A stretch of DNA of 64,000 bases from assembly GCA_016748015.1 (NCBI GenBank), contig JAAOMT010000183.1, positions 379,313 through 443,312 on the forward strand, read 5' to 3'. The notes under the pieces were generated by a model that saw only the letters and a program-made list of their open reading frames with translations, ran no database searches and was not told the DNA's origin. Positions 41,901 to 53,000 of this stretch are shown here, one piece after another; positions within the stretch are counted from its first letter, which is position 1; the number at the start of each line of letters is the position of its first letter. This DNA comes from Geosiphon pyriformis uo1. Its lineage: Eukaryota > Fungi > Glomeromycota. The position numbers and the translations under genes were made by a program.

Positions 41901-43086
41901 AAAATCTACCTGAGAAGCTTATCAGATCTTGTGGGCTGACAGCAACCACAACAAACTACTACTAATACTATTCTGGGACAACAACAACAAAGGAAAGCAG
42001 AAGAAAGAACTTAACTGAAACACTAACCAAGCCTGGAAAACCGACAATAATCAGGAAGAACTAATAAATTAGGAGTGGGAAGAAAATAAAAAGAGAAAAG
42101 AAAAGGGGAAGAAAGAAGAACCAACACCCAACAGCACCACTACTTATAATTTCTACACTATACCCCAATGATCTACTTATTGCCACCCAAAACTGGTATG
42201 CATTGATTGCAGCAAGAAATTGTTGTCAATGGGCATTTGTTGTGGTAATAATGAGGAGTACACTTTAGCAACCAAATTTTACTGCTGCTTATGCATCATT
42301 AAACATTTTGGAAGAACAAAACAAGTTGGAAAATGGGACAACAAACCATGTTTGGCTTGTGAAAAAACTTTCTCAAACAAAGAAATATGGAATGACATTC
42401 CTGGACAAAGAAGAACATGCAATAAAATGTGTCAGTATACAATCTTTATTAATAACTGGGTATACAAGGGCACCCCAATTAACAATGCCTGGAAACAAGC
42501 ATTGCAATGATTGAAAAGATACTTCTACGATAAACACAAATTATGGAAAATGGTGAGTGTGAAAGCAGAAAGTGTAACAACCAGCGAATTACTGGAAATC
42601 AAAAACAATCCTCTATCTCTGCCTAAATCCGAATACATCTAAACTTTTGATGTCTTTGGCAACATTGAAGATAACCCAAAAGAATTTCATGAACATTACT
42701 AGTGTTTAACACCTATTAGAGAAGAACAAAAGCAGTATTTAGAATAGTTAAATACTCAATTATGTCAATATTGCTTAATCCCATGTGACTTTCAATATTG
42801 TAATGAGTGTAATCTCATTTACAATCCACCACCATACATGATCTACTTAATCTCAGAAGAAGACAAACCAATAAGCAGCTGCGCATTAGAATTGGAATCA
42901 ATTTTTAATCCCAATTTAAACTCCAACAATGATGACGACAAAAATACTGGTTCTAGCTCCATTCAAAATGGCAACAAAAATATCAACAATTCAGACTCCG
43001 ATTCAAACCCCAAAATATACATTGTGCTTTCTGATCTTTCCAAGGAGCAGAAACTCAAATAGTATAGTGACAACAATGAAGATATT

Positions 43087-43480
43087 ATGCCAAAATGTGC
43101 ACATGATATCAATACAGGGTTTGATTTGAAATATTCAGAAAGAGATGCCATCAAATTGGAATCCCATTTGTGCACCTGTATTGATCTTAAAATAGCACTG
43201 AAAATTCTAGCAACAACAATGGTACAATTAGCATCTAGGAGTAGCTTAGTTAAAAAGAGAATCAACATTAGAGGAGGAATAATTGATGCAGAATACATAG
43301 GAAATATCATTGTAATGCTACAAAATAACTCAGAAAAAGCATATACTATAGATCTAAATGAAAAGATAGCCCAGGCAATATTCTTATCTCTGGTAAAGGT
43401 AGTTTAATTAGTATCAGTGGGAACCAGAGAAAAATTAAGAATAACAGCAAAAGGGATACAAGGATTCAGATCCACAGGTA
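43087..43480 (+). pseudogene. dUTPase domain of element B
   Basis: TGFDL (I), ASRSSL (II), GGIIDAEYIG (III), EKIAQ (IV), KGIQGFRSTG (V). Confidence 0.9.
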
Positions 43481-44012
43481 GAATAGATATACCAGTCAAT
43501 ATGACAGAGAAAGAAATTATTGACAAGAGAGAAATTATCTCTACCCATCAATCAATTACCATTCCACCATATAACCAGTATATATTAGCCATAAAAAGAG
43601 AAGTAAAGGATCAAGCTTAATTGTTTAAAGTGAAAGCCAACATCTGTGAATCAGGAAAAATTGAACTCACTAATCTTTATATATCAGCCAAAAGTCCCAA
43701 AAACATCAAAATTTCTATCTACAATACAACCAGTGTTACAGATAATTCTTTGGAGTGTCGAGTAAATAACAAACCCATAACTTGGTGCTCAAAGTGATTG
43801 GTGATAATGATAATCTAAAAGTATTTTATCTGAAGGTTTTCCAATTGAGTTTTTTGTATAATGGACAGAGATTCACTGGTAACAGTTTATCAATAGTTTC
43901 CTGAAACTGTAGTTTTGTCAATTGCTTGCTCAGCTTGATGGTTGATGATTCTTCTAATACGATATCCTCCATAAGTGTATACCAGTGCTGTTTCTTGATG
44001 TCAGTTCCTTCA

Positions 44013-44175
44013 TAAGTCCTCCAAGAGTAAGTATTGTTTAAGCAAATTTATTCCTCTGTAAGTTTTCCAAGAATAAATATTGTTTTAAGTAAGTTTTATT
44101 CCTCTGTAAGTCCTCCAAGAGTAAGTATTGTTTTAAGTAAGTTTTATTTCTCCGTAAGTCCTCCAAGAGTAAATC
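44013..44175. repeat. ~3.5 x 46-48-bp tandem repeat inside LTR C (also ~45651-45815)
   Basis: Unit taagtcctccaagagtaagtattgttt(t)aagyaarttt(t)attyctcyg. Confidence 0.85.
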
Positions 44176-45352
44176 CTTTAATCAAGTTAGTAGACAACAA
44201 AGAAATTAAAAAAAAAATAAAAGAGAAAATAAGAAATAAGCCAAGACAATTTGTAAGTTAGTATTCTGTCAATAGCCATAATCAAGAGCTATTGTTCCAG
44301 TATAGTTAAGTATCAGTTATTATCAACATGAAGTATTGATAGTAAAAAATAAATTTGATATAGTGAATAATTATTTATTTGAGGATTGTAATAACTAAGC
44401 TAAGGATTCTTGGTGTCTCTTTTTTCTGCTTCTAACACTACTGCTATATATACATATTTGAGATTCCTCAATTCTTCAATTCTTTGTGACAGAAATCTTG
44501 GAATTCCTGGAATTCTGCAATTCTTGATGAGAAGAATCCTGGAATTCTGAAATCTTACGATTCCTCACTGGAGAATCCTAAAATTCCTGGAATCCTGCAA
44601 TTCCTCTGAGAGGAATCCTGGAATTCCACATTTACTACATCTACTTCTGATTGGCTAATATCTACTTGCTAATAATAATAATATACTTCTTATATTCTAT
44701 AAGTAACATTATTCCCTCCTTTTAATATTGAGCTTTGTCAAAATCTAACTTTTTTAATTCCCCCTCTTGAATTATTTCTTGAACTTCTTTTTTATTGTTT
44801 GCTTTGGAACTGAAATCTTCCAAATGTTAATGTCGCGTTTGATGTAAACGCATCTGCTGATGAAATGTTGATGACACTTCCAGGTGTATAGTGATATGAT
44901 AAAGCAGTTAGTAATTTTATTCTGTGTTTTTTCCAACTAGGTAACTGTATTTCTTTTGGTGTTGCTGCTGGTGTTTGTATTCTTTCTTTATCTTTGTCTG
45001 CATAGGTAATGGAAAATTGTTGTTGCATGTATCTTTCAATGATTTGATTGATTTTCCTGATAATTAGGGCAAAACTGTGATTTCTTGGTAAGCTGGTGTG
45101 TTGAAATAATTCTGTATAGAAATTTTTTCTTACTGATTCAATATTAATAGTTCCTTCTAAACAGTCTGTGATTTTATTATTGACATAATAGTTGAAGGCT
45201 GATTCAGCTGAGTAGTGATTACTGTTTAATTCTAATTGTTGACTGTATTGTTAAAACAAGGATTTTGTGAATCCTAAGTGGTTGGCTCCTATAATTTCTG
45301 ATTCTGCCACGTTTGGATGGTGTTATTGGCACTGGTTCTCTATAGAATTATA

Positions 45353-45371
45353 CCTCACAGGGAGCACCAAA
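45353..45371 (-). promoter_or_regulatory. Primer-binding site of the Gypsy family
   Basis: TGGTGCTCCCTGTGAGG is complementary to a tRNA 3' end CCUCACAGGGAGCACCA, resembling elongator Met or Ile(UAU) acceptor ends; identity unverified. Confidence 0.75.
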
Positions 45372-48300
45372 TGTTATAGGTGATTCTTTGGAGTGTTGAG
45401 TGAATAACAAACTCATAACTTGGTGCTCAAAGTGATTGGTGATAATGATAATCTGAAGGTATTTTATCTGAAGATTTTCCAATTGAGTTCTTTGTATAAT
45501 GGACAGAGATTCACTGGTAACAGTTTATTAGTAGTTTTCTGAAACCATAGTTTTGTCAATTGCTTACTCAGCTTGATGGTTGATAATTCTCCTGGTACAA
45601 TATTCTCTGTAAGTGTATACCAGTGCTGTTTTCTGACGTCAGTTTCTCTGTAAGTCCTCTAAGAGTAAGTATTGTTTAAGCAAATTTATTCCTCCATAAG
45701 TCTTTCAAGAGTAAGTATTGTTTTAAGTAAGTTTTATTCCTCCATAAGTCCTCCAAGAGTAAGTATTATTTTAAGTAAGTTTTATTTCTTCATAAGTCCT
45801 CCAAGAGTAAATCCTTTAATCAAGTTAGTAGACAACAAAGAAAATAAAAAAAAGATAAAATAAAAAATAAAAAATAAGCCAAGACAATTTGTAAGTTAGT
45901 ATCCTGTCAATAGCCATGATCAAGAGCTATTGTTCCAGTATGATTAAGTATCAGTTACTATCAACATAAAGTATTGATAGTGAAGAATGAATTTGATATA
46001 GTGAATAATTATTTATTTAAGGATTGTGGTAACTAAGCTAAGGATTCTTGGTGTTTCTTTTTTTTGCTTCTAATACTACTGCTATATATACATATTTGAG
46101 ATTCCTCAATTCTTTAATTCCTTGCAACAGGAATCTTAAAATTTCTGGAATCCTGCAATTTCTGATGAGAGGAATCCTGGAATTCTAGAATCCTGCGATT
46201 TCTTGCTGAAGAATCCTAAAATTCTTGGAATCCTACAATTCCTCTGAGAGAAATTCTGGAATTCCATATTTATTATGTCTACTTCTGATTGGCTAATATC
46301 TACTTGCTAATAATAATAATATACTTTTTATATTCTATAAGTAACACCAGAGATGTCATTGAGATACCAAAAAAAACCATCATTGGATACTTAATCACTG
46401 AAGTTGAAGATCAACAACCCAACTACATTCCAGATTTTTCACAGCTTTGTGAATATGTAGATATCACATCACAAACCATTTATGAACAAAGCAAATGTTA
46501 TCTGCTCCAATTGAAACAATTGGAACAAATGAATTTAAGAAACTTAGACCCACTGTAACAAATACAACTCAAAATATTACTTAACAATTTCAATAACATC
46601 TTTGCCAGTGAAAATGAATTTGACAGAACTAACATAATCCAGCACCAGATTAAGATTGGAAATGCAATGCCAATAAAACAAAGAGCATATAGAGTACCAC
46701 CAGCCAGCCATGAGATCATTCATCAAGAAATTAACCAAATGCTTGACAACAAGCTAATTCAGCCATTAATGAGCCCATGGTCATCACCAGTAGTACTAGT
46801 TCAGAAAAAGAATAGAAAAATCCATTTTTGTGTGGATTATTGAAAACTGAATAAAGTAACTAAAAGTAATAGCTATCTAATTCCAAAGATCCAAGAACTA
46901 TTTGATGCTTTTAGAGAAAATAAATGGTTCTTGATACTGGATTTAAATAGTGATTATTGGCAAGTAGCCATGAAACCAGAAGACAAAGAAAAAACAGCTT
47001 TTACAACTCAAGAAGGAAACTTTGAATTCGAAGTAATACCATTTGGCTTGATGAATGCTCCAGCCACTTTCCAGTGACTGATAGAAATTGTTTATACTGG
47101 GCCACTATGAAAATCAGTCATCGTATACTTAAATGACACCAATGTGTTCTTAAAAACATTTGATGATCATCTGCATCATCTCCAACAAGTGTTTAAAAGA
47201 CTAAAAAGAGCCAGATTAAAGCTAAATACAACCAAATGTTTCTTTGGAAAAACTGAACTCAAGTTTTTGGGACATGTTGTGAATCAAAATGAATCCAGAC
47301 AAAATTGAAATTGTCAAGAACTTTTCAGTACCAAATAATTTCACAGAATTAAAAGCATTCTTGGAATTTGCTGGATATTACCACTGCTTTATCAAGAACT
47401 TTTTCAAAATAACTCAACCACTATACCAACTCCAAACAAAGAATGTGAAGTACAAATGGACAAAAAACCAACAAAAAGCATTCAACATATTAAGAAAAAA
47501 GCTTATCTAAGCTCTAGTATTGATGTATCCAGATCATAACAAACCATTCATCATTACTATCAATGCATTAGACCAAGCATTGGGAGCAGTACTATTACAG
47601 AGAGAACCAAATGGAAGAGAGCATCCAGTAGCTTATGCCAGTAGAAGCTTAAGTCCAGCTAAAAAAAACTATGGAATTCCAGCACTGAAATACTTAGCTA
47701 TCTATTGGGCTGTCATCAAATGAAAAAAATACTTGAGTCAAAAGTTTAACATATACACTAATCACAAAAGATTGACTTCAATCCAGAAACAAAAATTTGG
47801 AAATGATTGTCATGCCAGATAGAAAATAGAACTTTCACTATTTAATTATACAGTACATTATAAAAAGAGAAAAAACAATGGAAATGCTGATGGTTTGTCA
47901 TAAATGAGACAAATTTAAAAACATTTTAACCCAAAAATATAACAAAAGATGAATATACAAAAATATCAACAACTCCAACATTATATAAATACCCAATTGT
48001 TCAAGGAAAAATTATCTCAAAAGAAACAAAACAACATAAAACAACAATCAAAATATTTTATTAATTACCAAAATATACTGTACCAGAAAAACAGAAGAAA
48101 TCCAGACCAGCCAACAAGAGTAATTACAAAACCAGAGAAAAAAACAATATTGTTCAATATGTACTCAGACCCAACAGCAAGACATTTTCATAAAGAAGCA
48201 ATTATAGAAAGAACTAAAAAAAGGTACTATTGGCCATTAATGTATCCAGACATCATTCAGTATATTCAAAATTGTAATACTTGTCAGAGAAAAAGAGGAA

Positions 48301-49384
48301 CAAAACCCAGTAAACCATTGAGATCAATCAAAGTGAGACAACTATTCAATTAAATTAAATTGATCTAATTGGACCATTAACAATAACTAGCAAAGGCAAC
48401 AGATATATTGCAGTAGTCATAAACTATCTCACTAAATGGCCAGAAGCTAGAACCATCCAAAGAGCAGATGCAAAATCAGTAGCAAATTTCATCTATAAAG
48501 ACATTATTTGTAAACATGGATGCCCAATTGAACTTTTATCTAATCAAGGAACACATTTTGTGAATAGAACATTAGCAGAATTAAGCCAAAGATTTAGAAT
48601 AAAAAGACCACTATCATCACCATACCATCTACAAACAAATGGGTTAGTTGAAAGGTTTAACAGAACATTGTGTAAAGTCATTGCCAAGATTAGCCAAAAA
48701 AACCAGAATAAATGGGATTTGTTCATACCATTAGTATTATTTGCTTACTGGACAATAAAGCAGGATACTACACAAACAACACCATTTGAATTAGTATATG
48801 ATAAAACAGCAACATTACCAATTAATATAGAAATTAACACTTATTTAACAGAACCAATAACTGAAGATAATTTTCAAAAAACATTGCTAAGAAGAACATA
48901 TGACTTAATGAAAACTAGAGAAAACAACTGACAATAAACAGCTAACAACATCCAGAAGTCACAAAAAAAACAAAAAAAAAGACATAATAATCAACTACCA
49001 GAGAAACCAGTTAAATTCAAGATTGAAAACAAAGTACTTTTACATTATACTAAAGTAGAAAAACAATAGAGTAGAAAATTTGACTCCAAATGGAACAGAC
49101 CATTTTACATAGAAAAAATTCTTGGAAATGGAGTTTATAAATTAAGATAAGACAACAAAATCTTAGCTAAAGCAGCACATGGTAATCAATTGAAACCATA
49201 TTATCATATAGTGTCACCATCTACTAGGAATATTTCACTATTAGGAGTACAGAGAATACTAGTCCAACCAGATGAGATTCCACAAGATCTGGAACCAATC
49301 ATAATTATTAGACCAAACACGTAAAATTAAACAATAAAAAGAGTATATAAAAACATGATAGATACAACAAAAGACTTCAAAAAA

Positions 49385-50023
49385 ATGGAAATTACTGACA
49401 ATATTCACTCACTAACATGACAACTTTTCCAACTAATTCAACAACAGAATATAGAAATTACTATCAATCAATAAACTATTTGATACCAAGATACCAGAAA
49501 GATATCCAAATACAAAAATCAAAGAAAACCAGAAAACACTATTGACAAAATAGTTCTGAAGATAAAATTAGCAATGGAAGAACCAACAAGTATCACCACA
49601 TATCAAGAGTTGACCAAAGAAACTTGAAAATAGTAGATACACAAATTTCCAAGAAACTTTTGCTATTTCTACTTGGAACAACACTTAAATATTCAGAACT
49701 TATACATAGATAAAACAAAGTGGTTATTCAACACAACAATATTGTAACAACTAGAACAGTTTGTGGGAAAGAACAATTTGACCACATAAGCAAGAGCCAT
49801 CTATTGGCTACATATTAAATTTCAAGACAGACCGGAAATCTTACTTCATCCAGAAATGAACTCTATCACAGTTAACCAAATGGAAAAAATAACTAACACC
49901 CAATTTGAAAAATTACAGAACAAAATAACTCAAGTAATTCTTGAAAAAGAAGTTCAAGAAATACTCAAAAACAGCAAATTAGAATTAGGAGATTTGGGAG
50001 ATCTCAACAGAGCTCAATATTAA
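49385..50023 (+). pseudogene. Extra ORF3 of element B (~212 aa, unknown function)
   Basis: ATG 49385 is in frame with stop 50021-50023 (RAQY*) abutting the PPT. Homologous ORF in A (32261-31627, -) and its 3' end in C. Confidence 0.75.
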
Positions 50024-53000
50024 AAAAGAGAGAATAATGCTATTCATAAAATATAGGAAGTATATTAGCATATAAATTAGCCAATTAAAAATAGCCATAG
50101 TAAATATGAAATTCCAGGATTTTTCTCAAGAGGAATTACAAGATTCTAGGAATTTCAAAATTATTGTACAAGAAATTGCAGGATTCCAGAATTTCAGAAT
50201 TCCTCTTAAGAGGAATTGCAGGATTCCAAGAATTGCAGGATTTCTGGTATAAAAAATTGAAGAATTGAGAAATCTCAATTATGTATATATAACAGTAGTG
50301 CTAAAAGTAGAAAAAGACAGAATTTTTTAGTTAGAGACCTCTTAAGTTTAGATTCAATCTAAGCAACCTTCCATTCACAAATATTAAATAAATAATTATT
50401 CACTATTGCAACCCACTCTTCACTATCAACACTTCATGTTAATAATGATTGATACTTAAAAACACTAGAACAATAGCTCTTGATCATGGCTATTAACAGG
50501 ATACTAACTTGCAATTGTTTTCATTTATTTTTTTATCTTTTTCTTTATTTTCTTTATTTTCTTTATTTTCTTTATTTTTTTTCTTGTTTTGATCTTATTG
50601 TTGTACTAATTAATTGAAGATTAAAGTGCTGAATTATTGACATTACAGATAGCCTGGTAAAAGATCCAGAGAAAAGGGTAAGAATATATATATTAATGGA
50701 TAGCTTACCAAAAGGGCACAACTGCCAGATTAAACTGGCCATCATGCTGAAGACAGAAATTGGGAAAACAACTCACCAACTACCTTGTCATCGAATTTTT
50801 GTCTATTATACAAAGAACTCAACTCTAAAAAAAAACCTTCAGATACAACCAATATATTAGTATTAGCAGTATTATCAAGATATTAAACACCAAGTTACAG
50901 ATTTGTTATTTGATTTAAGACCCCAAATAATCATCTGTAACAATGTTGTTGTAGAGATTAATAGGTTGCCTGATTGTTAGTTAAGTATCTCTCTAATTTC
51001 TGATTGATTGAATTACTAAACTGCTTTAATTTGGAATTCAAGTCAGATGATCTGTTTATTACTAGATTCATGGCTTAGGCATGATTGGCTTTGAGTTCAG
51101 CTAATTCAAAATCTCTGACATGGATGATGACAACTTGAAAGTTAGCTAGATGTAATAGACATATGTATTGGAGGATGCTGCTGCATAATCCATGAATAAA
51201 TTGATTTAAAATTTGAGCTACTGTAAAATAATTGGCATCAATGGCTTGAATTTGTCACAAATTTCTATAAAAGTGTCCTAAATAGATAGTGACTGCTTTA
51301 GTATTTCTTTGTTTAATAGTAATGAAGGTATTGGTTAGACAATTAATGCTGTTATTATTAGAAATTCCAGTTTAAATACATTAAATATTTGGGGTTTCTG
51401 GGCCAAGCTCTGATACTATGAGTCAGCAGTATTTTGTAAAAAATATGAGATTGCCTAAAAGACTTGGTTGTTATTCCAATTATTAACCATAATTGTTTTG
51501 ATAACATCATTTATCCAAGCTTAGGTATTGTCTTCTTCTCTGATGAACTTTTCAAGTTTTACAATTGGGGCAAATACCATTGAAGCAATTACAAGTTGTT
51601 GTGGTGATTGCTAAAATAGTAATTATAGTTGTTGTTGTGGTTATGGCTGCAGTTGTTGTAATGGTATGACTATTAGTGGTGGATCAATCATAATTACCAG
51701 AGGTAAATTCTACTGGTTATTAATTATGAAGTTTGAATTGTTTTGATTAAGCTGAATTAGAACAATTGGAGTCTGAATTTCCAGGTTGTCTGAGATCAGA
51801 TTTTGATAATTAAATTTTTGATTCTCATCTTCTTTTTCTTCTGATTTTATTATTTTTTAAGGGCTCACAGTTCCGAAATTAGATTGATGTGGCAGTGATT
51901 AAAATCCTGATGGCATTAGTGATCATGAGTTAAATTCTTCAAAATAATTGTCATATGTTCTCAATAACTTTGTTTTCTTTTGTTTACTTTGAAATAGGAG
52001 TTAAACTAATAATGGTTTTGTGTTTGAGATGGATGCACCTGGTGATAAAATATTGATAATGCTTCTAGGTATATAGTGATATGATGAGTTAGTTGGTGAT
52101 TCTACTTTTGTTTTCTTTTAAGTGGGTGGTTGTATTCTTTAAGATATTACTGCTGGTATTTGTAGTTTTCTTTTGCCCTTGTTTACATAAGTAATTGGAT
52201 ATCTTTGTTAAGTGTAATTTTCAATTTTCCAATTAATTTTAGTAATAATTGATGCAAAATTATAATTTATTGGTAGGCTAGTGTTTTAAATTAATTTTTT
52301 GTAGAAATTTTCTCTTGCTAATTTGGTATTTACTTGTGCTCCTAGAAAATATAAGATTTTTTTATTAACATAGAAATTAAAGACTAATTCAGCTGATAGG
52401 TAATTGCTGGTTAATCTTAAGTGTTGACAGTAGTTTTGAAATAAAAATTTGGCAAATTCTAAATGTTTTGTTCCTATTTTTTTTAATTCTGTCACTTTTG
52501 GATAGTTATTATTAGTATTGGTTCTTTGTAGAATTATATCTTACAAGAAGCATCAAATGTTACAAGTAATTATTTGAAGTCTCAAATCAAATAACAAATC
52601 TGTAACTTGGTGCTCAATAGCTGACTATTTTGGTAATATCTGAAGGTTTTAGGTTGGAGTTTTTTGTATAATAGACAGAAATTCAATAATTGTTTTCAGT
52701 AGTCTCCCAGAATTGCAATTCCATTAATTTTTTTCTCAGCTTGGTGGCCAGCAATCCTCTGGTAAGTAATTTTTAAATTCAAGTGTCTACCTTTTCACAA
52801 GGGTCTTTTATCAGGCAATCCTTAATGTCAGTAACTTAGTTCTTAATCTTTAATCAATTAGTAAACAACAAAAGAAATAAAATACAAAAGAAAATTAAAG
52901 AAACAAAATATAAACCAAGGTGATAAAAGTTAGTATTCCATTAATAGCTGTGATCAAGAGCTATTGTTTTAGTGTGATCAAGTATTTGATACTATCAACA

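Larger units (their letters stand above)
43734..46346 (-). mobile_element. Non-autonomous LTR element C
   Basis: 975-bp LTRs at 43734-44708 and 45372-46346; perfect TSD ccag/ccag; PBS tttggtgctccctgtgagg; PPT aaaaggagggaataa; internal region only 663 bp. Confidence 0.93.
39073..49330 (+). pseudogene. Element B single-ORF polyprotein: extension-Gag-PR-Cys-rich-dUTPase-dUTPase-like-RT-RH-IN (many premature stops)
   Basis: ORF fragments at 39118, 40204, 41122, 41629, 42220, 42838, 43087 and 43417 share one frame. The frame after the C insertion (2617 nt including TSD) shifts by exactly the expected +1. Confidence 0.85.
38169..50942 (+). mobile_element. Ty3/Gypsy element B (inserted in the gag of A; interrupted by C)
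   Basis: 5'LTR 38169-39055, PBS 39056-39074, 3'LTR 50038-50942, PPT ~50022-50037, TSD acat/atgt. Zn knuckle CHYCDKQEHLQIDC 40825-40866; RT SPWSSP...FCVDY...PFGLMNAPATF...VYLNDT; integrase YHLQTNGLVERFN. Confidence 0.93.

Noticed and set aside
44013-44175. CRISPR-like regular repeats
   Set aside because: Whole units repeat with no unique spacers; they lie within both LTRs of a eukaryotic retroelement; no cas genes.
49000-49330. Chromodomain at the integrase C-terminus
   Set aside because: Only a GPY/F-SH3-like module and a short tail are visible; no chromodomain aromatic motif.
49385-50023. ORF3 as an envelope gene
   Set aside because: Short and hydrophilic, with no signal peptide, TM segment or Cys pattern.
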